A DNA stretch of 64,000 nt from positions 224,001-288,000 of the forward strand of contig JBGARZ010000003.1 in assembly GCA_044229975.1 (NCBI GenBank), in the 5' to 3' direction. Made by a program: the position numbers and the translations under genes. This DNA comes from Polyangiales bacterium (GTDB taxonomy: Bacteria; Myxococcota_A; Polyangia; Polyangiales; Ga0077539). This document shows, one piece after another, positions 52,136 through 61,779 of this stretch; within the stretch, counting starts at the first letter, position 1; each line of letters opens with the position of its first letter. The notes beneath the pieces are model-generated. The model saw only the letters and a program-made list of their open reading frames with translations, was not told the DNA's origin and made no database searches.

Positions 52136-52183
52136 CGCACCATATCGAAGACCGCGGCGGCCGTGTCCAGCAACGGGCCGCGT

Positions 52184-52537
52184 TCAGGTGGCGCCGCGCG
52201 GGATGGCCGGGCGGGCGGTGCCCTCCTCCGCGGCGAGCTCGCCGAGGCGGCGGAGGTAGCGAAACGAGTAGATGCCCGAACCGTGACCGTCACCCCAGGT
52301 GAACTGGAGGGCGTACGAGCCGACCTCCTCCAGGGCCGTGATCTCGGCGTTATTGCCGGGGATGAACTTGATCTCCCCGGAGTGGCCCTGACACCCCGCG
52401 CACGGGCAATAGCCGCGCAGAAACGCGTTGGGCAGCACCGAGGTGTGACCGTCGACCCAGTCGATCTCCGTCACCGCGGCGCCCACCGGGGCGCGCACCA
52501 TCGTCGGCGTGGTGGCCTTCGGATCGTAGGTCATCAT
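52184..52537 (-). CDS. DUF971 / GBBH-like N-terminal Zn-binding protein
   Basis: W.DGH, LRGYCPCAGC, VGSYAL, W.DGHGSGIY. Confidence 0.9.
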   Translation of the reverse strand: MMTYDPKATTPTMVRAPVGAAVTEIDWVDGHTSVLPNAFLRGYCPCAGCQGHSGEIKFIPGNNAEITALEEVGSYALQFTWGDGHGSGIYSFRYLRRLGELAAEEGTARPAIPRGAT

Positions 52538-52575
52538 GTGCGCTGATAGTCCCCGCGCGCCGTCGATGGCAAGCG

Positions 52576-53175
52576 CTACGGGGTCGCGGTTGCCTTGCGG
52601 TTGAGACCGACGAGGAAGATCTCGACGCTCTCCTTGCGCGACGCCTCGGGCTTGATGAGCTTCACCGTCTCGTAGCGCTCGCGGAAGCGCTTGCGCACGG
52701 CCTCGAACTCCGCGCCCTGGAAGATCTTCGCGACGAGGTTGCCGCCCGGCGCGAGGCAGCGGTCGCCGATGTCGAGGGCGCGGTCGACGAGCTCGGCCGA
52801 GATGGCCGCGTCGGCTTCTTTCGTCCCTGAGGTGTGCGGCGCCATGTCGGAGACCACGAGGTCGAAGGGGCCGAGCGCCGCGAAGTCGTCCAGCGGCGCC
52901 GCCATCACGTCGAGCTCCATCGCCTTCACGAAGGGCGGAACCGTCACCCGCAGCGGGTTGAGGTCGACCGCGACGATGCGGCCCTTGCCGCCGAGCTTCG
53001 TGGCCATCCACTGCGTCCAGCTACCGGGCGCGGCGCCCAGGTCGAGCACGCGCAGACCCGGCCGCAGCAGCTTGCAGCGACGGTCGATCTCTTCGAGCTT
53101 GTAGACGGAGCGGGCGGCGAAGCCCTCTTTGTGGGCCCGAGCGGTGAACGGGTCGGGTTTACCGCCGGGCTTCAC
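52576..53175 (-). CDS. rlmE: 23S rRNA Um2552 methyltransferase (FtsJ/RrmJ)
   Basis: RSVYKLEEID, DLGAAPGSW, SDMAP, KP.ASR.ES.E. Confidence 0.96.
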   Translation of the reverse strand: MKPGGKPDPFTARAHKEGFAARSVYKLEEIDRRCKLLRPGLRVLDLGAAPGSWTQWMATKLGGKGRIVAVDLNPLRVTVPPFVKAMELDVMAAPLDDFAALGPFDLVVSDMAPHTSGTKEADAAISAELVDRALDIGDRCLAPGGNLVAKIFQGAEFEAVRKRFRERYETVKLIKPEASRKESVEIFLVGLNRKATATP

Positions 53176-53187
53176 GGGACGGGCAGA

Positions 53188-53889
53188 TCAGGCGTGACGG
53201 CCGTTCTTGACGGCGCCGCGGACGGTCACGATGCCTTCGGCCGCGCCGGGGACCGCGCCCTCGATGAGGACGAGGTTCTGCTCGGCGATGACCTTGACGA
53301 TCTTGAGGTTCTGCATGGTCGAGCGGGTGTTGCCGTGCTGACCGGGCATCTTCTTGCCGGGGAGCGTGCGACCCGGGGTCATGTTGGTACCGATCGAGCC
53401 GCCGTGACGGAAGTACTCGTGGGTACCGTGCGACGACACGAAGCCGGCGAAGTGGTGGCGGCGGATGACGCCCGAGAAGCCGCGGCCGACGGTGGTGCCG
53501 GACACGTCGACGAACTGCCCCTCCTTGAAGATGTCGGCCGCCGTGAGGACGTCGCCCTCGTTGTACTTGGCGGCTTCCTCGGCGCTCAGGCGGATCTCCT
53601 TGAGCGTGCGGGGATAGACGTTGATGTCGTGGCCCTGCTTGTTCTTGACCGAGCGGGCGGGGGCCTTGCTCTTGTCGAAGTAGCCCTGAAGGGGCTTGGA
53701 GGTCAGCTTGGCGCGGCGCTCGCCGAAGGAGAGCTGGAGGGCAACGTAGCCGTCCTTCTCCTCGGTGCGCTTGCGCACGACGATGCACGGACCGGCTTCG
53801 ACCACGGTCACGCGGGCGACGTTGCCGGTCGCGTCGAAGACCTGCGTAAACCCGAGCTTCTTGCCAATCAAACCAGGAAGAGTGTTCAT
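53188..53889 (-). CDS. rplC: 50S ribosomal protein L3
   Basis: GLIGKKLGFTQVF, DGYVALQ, VDVSG...GRGFSG, SHG...GSIG...KKMPG, GAVPG. Confidence 0.97.
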   Translation of the reverse strand: MNTLPGLIGKKLGFTQVFDATGNVARVTVVEAGPCIVVRKRTEEKDGYVALQLSFGERRAKLTSKPLQGYFDKSKAPARSVKNKQGHDINVYPRTLKEIRLSAEEAAKYNEGDVLTAADIFKEGQFVDVSGTTVGRGFSGVIRRHHFAGFVSSHGTHEYFRHGGSIGTNMTPGRTLPGKKMPGQHGNTRSTMQNLKIVKVIAEQNLVLIEGAVPGAAEGIVTVRGAVKNGRHA

Positions 53890-53914
53890 GAGTTGCCCTG
53901 TTAACCCTGCGGAG

Positions 53915-53949
53915 GGCGCGCACTATACGGAGATCGAATCCTCCGTCAA
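53915..53949 (-). promoter_or_regulatory. Sigma-70-type promoter of rplC with GC-rich discriminator
   Basis: TTGACG (53949-53944)-N16-TATAGT (53927-53922) followed by GCGCGCC. Confidence 0.75.
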
Positions 53950-54884
53950 GACGTTCCCAGGACCTCCGGAAGGGCCACCACGCTGCGGCGCGTGACCACC
54001 GCGTCGCGAACGCTCTCCGAGATCACCGCGCCGTCCCACGCGATGACCCGCTGCAACGTCACCGACGGGGCAACGAGCACGCCCGAGCTCAACACACACG
54101 GCGCCGCGAGCCTCGCCCGATCGACGCCCGACGGCGCGACGATGCCTTCCGCCGAAGACACCACGCCCGGCCACGTGAGGGCGCCCGTGGCGAGCGCGAA
54201 GTTCACGGCGGCGTAGCGTTCGAGCGTGCCCAGGTCGAACCACGGGCCGTCGTCCACGACCCCCGCGATGACCTCACCGCGCGCCAGCAATCGCCGCAGC
54301 GAGTGCCGCACCACGCAGCCCTCGACGGGCAGGTCATCGGCGACCGAGCGCGACACCAGATACACGCCGGTGAAGACGCAGCGCCGCGTGGTCACCACGG
54401 GTGCTGGTCCCTCGTCGAGGATGCGCCGCACCCTCCCTTCGTCATCGACCTCGATGGCGCCGAGCGCGCCCGCTCGCGGGTCGTCGCGCAGCACCATCGT
54501 CACCTTCGCGCCGAGCGCGCGATGACGCTCCCAGGCGGCCGCGAGGTCGGGCCGCGAGAGCACGTCACCGTTGAACACCACGAAGTCGTCCCCCAGGTGC
54601 GGCAGCGCGTTGCGGATGGCGCCGCCCGTCCCGAGGAGCGTCGGCTCGACGAGCACGCGGAGGTCCATGCCGTGCGAGGCGCAGTGCGGCGCGAGGGCGG
54701 GCTCGACTTGCGCCGCGAGGTGGTGCGCGTTGGCGACGACGTGACGGACGCCTCCAGCAGCGAGGTGATCGAGGGCGTAGGCGGCGAGCGGACGACCGAG
54801 CACCGGGACGAGAGGCTTGGGGCGCTCGTCGGTGAGGGGTCGAAGGCGGGTGCCGAGGCCGGCGCAGAGGAGCAGGGCGTGCAC
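53946..54884 (-). CDS. NDP-sugar synthase / nucleotidyltransferase (MurU or mannose-1-P guanylyltransferase-like)
   Basis: LCAGLGTRLRPLTDERPKPL, LGTGG, NGD, W.DLGT. Confidence 0.9.
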   Translation of the reverse strand: MHALLLCAGLGTRLRPLTDERPKPLVPVLGRPLAAYALDHLAAGGVRHVVANAHHLAAQVEPALAPHCASHGMDLRVLVEPTLLGTGGAIRNALPHLGDDFVVFNGDVLSRPDLAAAWERHRALGAKVTMVLRDDPRAGALGAIEVDDEGRVRRILDEGPAPVVTTRRCVFTGVYLVSRSVADDLPVEGCVVRHSLRRLLARGEVIAGVVDDGPWFDLGTLERYAAVNFALATGALTWPGVVSSAEGIVAPSGVDRARLAAPCVLSSGVLVAPSVTLQRVIAWDGAVISESVRDAVVTRRSVVALPEVLGTS

Positions 54885-54987
54885 GACAGCGGTGGCTCTA
54901 CCGCGGCGCGACCACGGAGGGCGACATTCCGACGGGTGGGTAAGCGGAGGTTGCGCGACCGGCCGATGGGCCTCTATGTAGCCGCCG

Positions 54988-55926
54988 GTGGGAAGCGCGT
55001 CCCTGAGGCCCGGGCTCGTGATCGACGATCGGTGGGAGCTCTTGTCCCCCATCGCGACCGGGTCGTGCGGCGAGGTGCTCGCGGCGAGGGAGGCGACCAC
55101 CGGGCGGCCCGTCGCGGTGAAGGTGATGCGCTCCGACCTGCTCTCCGACCCGGTGTCGGTGACGCGCTTCGAGCGCGAGGCCGTCGCGACCGCGAGCATC
55201 CATCACCCCAACGTCGTGAGCGTCCTCGCCCACGGCCGCCACGAGGGCCGCCCCTACCTCGTCATGGAACTCCTCCTCGGCGAGACCCTGGAGACCCGCC
55301 TCGCGCGCGGCCCGCTCCCGCTCGCCGAGGCCCTCGCCACCGTCACCCAGATCGCCCACGCCCTCGACGCGGCCCACGCCCGCGGGGTGATCCATCGCGA
55401 CCTGAAGCCCGACAACGTCTTCCTTGTGACGGGCGACGATGCCGTCACCGTGCGCGTGCTCGACTTCGGCTACGCGAAGCTCGCCGAGCACCTCATCGGC
55501 GACGCCGGGCTCACCGGCGCCAACGCCCTCCTGGGAACGCCCCTCTACATGGCCCCCGAGCAGGTGCAGGCGTCGCGCGAGGTCGATGCCCGGGCCGATC
55601 TGTGGTCGCTCGGGGTCGTGGCCTACGAGCTCGTCGTGGGAAGGGCCCCCTTTCCCTCGACCAACCTCGCCGACCTCTTCGTGGAGATTCTCACCGCACC
55701 CATTCCGAAGCCGTCGGTGGTCAACCCTGCCCTCCCGCCGGCCGTCGATGCCTGGTGCGCGCGGGCCCTCGCCCGCCCCCGGGAGCAGCGCCCCGCGACC
55801 GGAGCCGCCCTCGCCGAGGAGCTTGCCGCGGCGCTGCGCCCTCCGCGCCGCAGCTCTCGCGCCCTCGCGGTGGCGCTCGTGGTGGCGGCCGTCGTCCTCG
55901 CGCTTGCGATCGCTCGGACGCGGTGA
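54988..55926 (+). CDS. Hanks-type Ser/Thr protein kinase with C-terminal TM helix
   Basis: VAVK, HRDLKPDN, DFG, GTPLYMAPE, DLWSLG. Confidence 0.95.
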   Translation: MGSASLRPGLVIDDRWELLSPIATGSCGEVLAAREATTGRPVAVKVMRSDLLSDPVSVTRFEREAVATASIHHPNVVSVLAHGRHEGRPYLVMELLLGETLETRLARGPLPLAEALATVTQIAHALDAAHARGVIHRDLKPDNVFLVTGDDAVTVRVLDFGYAKLAEHLIGDAGLTGANALLGTPLYMAPEQVQASREVDARADLWSLGVVAYELVVGRAPFPSTNLADLFVEILTAPIPKPSVVNPALPPAVDAWCARALARPREQRPATGAALAEELAAALRPPRRSSRALAVALVVAAVVLALAIARTR

Positions 55927-55939
55927 TACCCGCGCCGTA

Positions 55940-57259
<1,320 letters not shown>

Positions 57260-57306
57260 GCGTGTGGTAGGGTCGTCGCGTTCCAACGCACAAGGAGAGC
57301 GTCGTC

Positions 57307-57501
57307 ATGGCATCTGCGCGTGAAGAGAAGCAGAAGGAAGCCACCAAGCGTGGCGCGCTCGCGGTGGCCGCGACCGCGGGCTCGGTCGCCGTCGCCGTCG
57401 CGGGCGGCCCGGTGACCCTGGTCGCCGCGGGGCTCGGCGCGAGCGCCGTGCTGGGCTACCGCTGGGTGAAGTACCGCATCGACAACTCCATCCGGTTCTG
57501 A
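57307..57501 (+). CDS. Small membrane protein (64 aa)
   Basis: SD AAGGAG; hydrophobic hairpin, C-terminal W.KYR..N.IRF. Confidence 0.75.
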   Translation: MASAREEKQKEATKRGALAVAATAGSVAVAVAGGPVTLVAAGLGASAVLGYRWVKYRIDNSIRF

Positions 57502-57637
57502 GCGTCGGCGACCCTTTTCCAAGGGTGCCGAGTCGCCTTGATTCTTGCGAAGCGTGCGTGTAACCGTCGCGCGCCCTATGCGCTCCCCCTCGAAGTCAGG
57601 TTTGTCCCTCGCGAAGGAACGTTCACGCAGCCGCTGG

Positions 57638-58249
57638 ATGGCAGCGCTCGTGGCGCTGATGCTCGCGGTGGCGGCCCCGAAGCTCTACGCGCAGGTTCGC
57701 CTCGCGGTGGTCGACATGCAGCGCGCCATCCTCGAGACCGAGCAGGGCCGCCACGCGAAAAACTCCCTGAAGACCGTCTTCGAGGCGCACCAGGAGGAGC
57801 TCAACGCGGTGCAGGAGCGCTTGAAGCGCCAGAAGTCGGACATCGAGAAGCAGCAGCGGCTCATCGCTCCGGCGGCGCTCCAGAAGCGCATGGCCGACTA
57901 CCAGGAGCAGGTGGTCAACCTCCAGAAGGTCTACCTCCAGTATCAGCAGGAGCTGGCGCAGCGTGAGGCCGAGCTCACCAAGCAGATCCTGGTGAACCTC
58001 CAAGGCGTCGTGCGGCAGATCGGGACGGCCGAGGGCTACACCGCGGTCTTCGATCAGAGCGGCGTGGTCTGGGCGCCGACGCACATCGACCTCACCGATC
58101 GCGTGATCGCCGAGTACAACCGGCAGTTCCCGGCGGCGGCGGCGCCTGCGGCACCGGCCGAGGGCGATGCGGGTACGCGGCCCGCCCGGCCGGCGCGACC
58201 GGCGACGGGCGCTGGGGCCAATCCCCACCCGCGCGGCGCGCAGCAGTGA
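57638..58249 (+). CDS. skp: OmpH/Skp periplasmic chaperone
   Basis: Signal peptide, RLAVVDMQRA, long coiled coil, DLTDRVI..YN; start approximate. Confidence 0.9.
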   Translation: MAALVALMLAVAAPKLYAQVRLAVVDMQRAILETEQGRHAKNSLKTVFEAHQEELNAVQERLKRQKSDIEKQQRLIAPAALQKRMADYQEQVVNLQKVYLQYQQELAQREAELTKQILVNLQGVVRQIGTAEGYTAVFDQSGVVWAPTHIDLTDRVIAEYNRQFPAAAAPAAPAEGDAGTRPARPARPATGAGANPHPRGAQQ

Positions 58250-58293
58250 CGGATGTGCGGGGGATGGTGGCAGTGGGAACGGTCAGTGGAGGA

Positions 58294-58878
58294 ATGGCGA
58301 TGAATCGTTGGATGGTGACGGCGCTCTGTGGAGCGATGGCAATCGGCTGTGGCGCGAGCAACGACGGTGGGGTCAACACCCCGGTGGACAGCGGCGTCAG
58401 CGGCGGCACGGACGTGGGCACGATGACCGACCGTGGCACGACCGCGACGACCGATCGTGGGACGACCCCGACCACCGATCGTGGCGCGACCACCGATCGC
58501 GGGTCGACCACGCCCGACTCGGGCACGCCCAGCCAGTTCGGCATTTGCGGGGAGGCGCTCAACACGGCGCTCTGCACCTGCGGCATGGATGCGAACTGCC
58601 AGCAGACGGCCCTCAACGCCGCCTTCATGCGGAGCTCGACCTGCCAGACCTGTTACACGAACGGCATCTCGGCCTGCTGCCCCGACGAGGTCATGGCCAT
58701 CCAGACCTGCGCCACGGACAACGGCTGCATGGATCAGGCGTGCCTCCAGGCCCGGTGCGCCACGCAGTTTACGGCCGCCAACACCTGCCTGATGACGGCG
58801 CAGCAGTCGAACGCGACCTGCCAGACCGCCTTCCGTCGCTGCTTCGGGCCCGCCTTCCCGATGATCGCCTGCGAGTGA
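58294..58878 (+). CDS. Lipoprotein with TTDRG repeats and a Cys-rich helical domain
   Basis: SD GGAGG, lipobox AIGC; TDRG x4; 14 Cys in the C-terminal half. Confidence 0.8.
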   Translation: MAMNRWMVTALCGAMAIGCGASNDGGVNTPVDSGVSGGTDVGTMTDRGTTATTDRGTTPTTDRGATTDRGSTTPDSGTPSQFGICGEALNTALCTCGMDANCQQTALNAAFMRSSTCQTCYTNGISACCPDEVMAIQTCATDNGCMDQACLQARCATQFTAANTCLMTAQQSNATCQTAFRRCFGPAFPMIACE

Positions 58879-58888
58879 GCTGACGCCC

Positions 58889-59413
58889 TCAGCGGTGGCG
58901 CGCGGCGAGGTAGACGTACGCGCGCCATCCCTCCTCGATCATCGTCCGGTCGGCGTCGCCCAGGCGCCGCACCTTCTTCGCCGGACTCCCCAGATACAGC
59001 CAGCCTGACTCCAGCCGCGAGCGCGGCGTCACCAGCGCCCCCGCGCCGATGATGACGTCGGACTCCACCTCCGCGAGGTCGAGCACGATCGCGCCCATGC
59101 CCACCAGCACCCGATCGCCGATGGTGCAGCCGTGCAGGATCACCCGATGACCCACCGTCACTTCATCGCCGATGGAGGTCGTCGACAAGCCGGTGGTCGC
59201 GTGGACCATGGAGAGGTCCTGGATGTTGGAGCGCGCGCCCATGCGGAGCGGGGCCACGTCGCCGCGCAGCACCGCGCCGTACCAGATCGAGCTCTCGGGC
59301 CCGACGGACACATCACCGACGGCGACCGCACCATCGGCGAGAAAGGCATCGTCCGCGAAGGTCGGCGTGACGCCCTCGAAGGCGCGCACCAGTCCGCGCA
59401 GGTGAGCGCTCAC
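58889..59413 (-). CDS. Gamma carbonic anhydrase family (YrdA-like) protein
   Basis: LRGD, SNIQD..MVH, TVGH..ILHGC, hexapeptide repeats. Confidence 0.93.
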   Translation of the reverse strand: MSAHLRGLVRAFEGVTPTFADDAFLADGAVAVGDVSVGPESSIWYGAVLRGDVAPLRMGARSNIQDLSMVHATTGLSTTSIGDEVTVGHRVILHGCTIGDRVLVGMGAIVLDLAEVESDVIIGAGALVTPRSRLESGWLYLGSPAKKVRRLGDADRTMIEEGWRAYVYLAARHR

Positions 59414-60816
59414 GCCTGGACCACCGGCAGCGCGACCCGACGATGCGTCGCGACGACCTTGGCGGGCGCCTCGCGCTTCACCGAGTCGAGGCGGCCTTCG
59501 AGCGAGTGCTTGTTGGCCCGCATCACCTCGGCCACGACCACGGCGCCAGCATCGAGGCCGGGACCACCGGGGAGATGGACGATCTCGTTGCGGCGCGTTC
59601 GGCCGACGCGGGTGGTCGCGCCAGGGCGGCTCGGGCCCTCGATGAGCAGCTCGACGCGCGCGCCCACGAGCGAGGCGAGGTTGGCGCGGGTGAGCGCCTC
59701 GGAGACCTCGAAGAGCGCGAGCAGGCGCTCCTGCTTCTCTTCGTCGGTGACGTCGTCGCCGAGGCGCAGCGCGGGCGTGTGCGGGCGCGGCGAGTACTTG
59801 AACCCGTAGAGCGCCGTGAAGCCGACCTCGCGCACCATGGAGAGCGTCTGCTCGAAGTCGTCGCGGGTCTCGCCGGGGAAGCCGACGATGATGTCGGTGG
59901 TGAGCGTGAGCGACGGGCGCGCGGCCCGCAGCGCATCGACGCGGGCGACGTACTCCGCGCGGGTGTAGCGGCGGATCATGCGACGGAGCATGCGGTCGCT
60001 GCCCGACTGCACGGGCATGTGGACGTGGTCGGCGAGCACCGGGAGCTCGGCGTGGGCGCGCACGAGCGAGGCCGTGAGGTGGCGGGGGTGCGGCGAGGTG
60101 TAGCGCAGGCGATCGAGGCCCGGCGCCTCGGCGGCGATGCGGCGGAGCAGCGCGGGAAACTGCGACTCGTCGGGATCGCGGTCAGCCTCGACGGGGACCT
60201 CCGGGTCCATGAAGCTGTTGACCGTCTGGCCGAGGAGGACGACCTCGCGGGCGCCGCCGTCGACGAGCGCGCGCACCTCGCGCACCACGTCGGAGGCCGA
60301 GCGGTAGCGCTCCGGCCCGCGCGTGTACGGGACGATGCAGAACGAGCACCGCTCGTCGCAACCCTTCATCACGGTGACGTAGGCGCTCGCGCCCACGCCG
60401 CCCTCGCGCACCTGGTTGGTGAGGAAGCGCGGGTCGTCGACGTCGAAGACCGTTCGCACCGCGGGCGTGGCGCCCATCTCGGCGTCGCGCACGAGGGCGG
60501 GGAGCTCGCCGATGTTGTCGGGGCCGATGACCACGTCGATGAAGGGCATGTCCTTCACGAGGCGCTCGCCCTCCTGCTGGGCCACGCAGCCGGCGACCAC
60601 GAGCACCACGTCGGACTTCTTCAGCCGCCCGGCCTCGCTGCGCAGCTTCTGCTCGCCCTTCTCGCGCACCGAGCAGGTGTTGATGACCACCACGTCGGCG
60701 CCGTCGACCTCGTGGCCGACCTCGTAGCCCGCGGCGAGCATGAGCTCCTCGATCCGCTGCGAGTCGTGGACGTTCATCTGGCAACCGAAGGTCACCAGGG
60801 CCATGCGCTTGGTCAT
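59410..60816 (-). CDS. miaB: tRNA-2-methylthio-N6-dimethylallyladenosine synthase
   Basis: TFGCQMNVHDS, NTCSVRE, GCVAQ, GCDERCSFC, DIIVGFPGET, TRAM domain. Confidence 0.96.
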   Translation of the reverse strand: MTKRMALVTFGCQMNVHDSQRIEELMLAAGYEVGHEVDGADVVVINTCSVREKGEQKLRSEAGRLKKSDVVLVVAGCVAQQEGERLVKDMPFIDVVIGPDNIGELPALVRDAEMGATPAVRTVFDVDDPRFLTNQVREGGVGASAYVTVMKGCDERCSFCIVPYTRGPERYRSASDVVREVRALVDGGAREVVLLGQTVNSFMDPEVPVEADRDPDESQFPALLRRIAAEAPGLDRLRYTSPHPRHLTASLVRAHAELPVLADHVHMPVQSGSDRMLRRMIRRYTRAEYVARVDALRAARPSLTLTTDIIVGFPGETRDDFEQTLSMVREVGFTALYGFKYSPRPHTPALRLGDDVTDEEKQERLLALFEVSEALTRANLASLVGARVELLIEGPSRPGATTRVGRTRRNEIVHLPGGPGLDAGAVVVAEVMRANKHSLEGRLDSVKREAPAKVVATHRRVALPVVQA

Positions 60817-60893
60817 CGGGATTTTCCGGGGGTACGTGAGGGGAAAGGCGCGGGAGGTTGTTCCGACGCGCGCGCAGGGTCAAGCGGGTGGAG

Positions 60894-61709
60894 CTACGGC
60901 GTGGGCTCGGCGAGCAGGCGCACGATGGACTGCTGCAACGCGGCGGGCGACTCGGTGCCGATGGTCACCGTGCGGACGTGCCCGCCGCGGTCGATGATGA
61001 CCATGGTCGGGAGGTTCTGGACGGCGTAGCTGCGCATCGCGGTCGCGTTGGAGGCGAGCGTGTAGCGGATGCCCATGCTCATGCCGATGCGACGGGCGAT
61101 CTCGACGGGCTCGTCGGTGAGGCCGAGCACCGTGAGGCCCTGCGCGCGGTACTGCTCCGAGAGGCGGTTGAGCACCGGCATCATCGTGCGACACGGGCCG
61201 CACCAGCTCGCCCAGAAGTCCACGATGACCACGTGGCCGTGGAGGCGCGCGAGGTCGAGCGGGTCGGTTCCCATGGCCACCGAGCTGGCACCGAGCACCG
61301 GCGGAACCTGCCCCACCCGCAGCGGCCGCCCCGGCGTGTTGTCGGGCGCCGCTTCGAGGCGCACCCGCACGGGGACCCGGCGCACCCCGCGGCGCAACAC
61401 GAGGGCGTAGTCCGACCCGGCGCCCGCCGCGCGAACCGAGGTGGTGAAGCCCTCGACGCTCCCGGGCGCGACGCCCTGAGACAGCACGATGACGTCACCG
61501 ATGGTCACGCCCGCGCGCTCGGCGGGGCTCCCCGGCACCACCCGCTCGACCCGCAGCCCCACGCCCGGAACCTCCCGTAGCCCCGCCCCGAGGAAGCCCG
61601 GCGCGCTCGCGGCCGTACCGGGCCGCGGGTCGGCCGCTGCGATCGTGGGGCCGACCGTCGTGAGGAGCGTCGTGAGGAGCGCGGCGAGCATCGAGGGCGT
61701 AGGGCGCAT
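60894..61709 (-). CDS. Secreted PDZ + TlpA/DsbE-like thioredoxin fusion
   Basis: Signal peptide; GFLGA...[10 protein letters not shown] (PDZ); [13 protein letters not shown]. Confidence 0.9.
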   Translation of the reverse strand: MRPTPSMLAALLTTLLTTVGPTIAAADPRPGTAASAPGFLGAGLREVPGVGLRVERVVPGSPAERAGVTIGDVIVLSQGVAPGSVEGFTTSVRAAGAGSDYALVLRRGVRRVPVRVRLEAAPDNTPGRPLRVGQVPPVLGASSVAMGTDPLDLARLHGHVVIVDFWASWCGPCRTMMPVLNRLSEQYRAQGLTVLGLTDEPVEIARRIGMSMGIRYTLASNATAMRSYAVQNLPTMVIIDRGGHVRTVTIGTESPAALQQSIVRLLAEPTP

Positions 61710-61779
61710 GAGCGCGCCGACCGTGCGGTGTCGGGCCCTGGGTCGTCAAGCCGCGAGCGGGGTTAAGCTCTCCCGCCGG

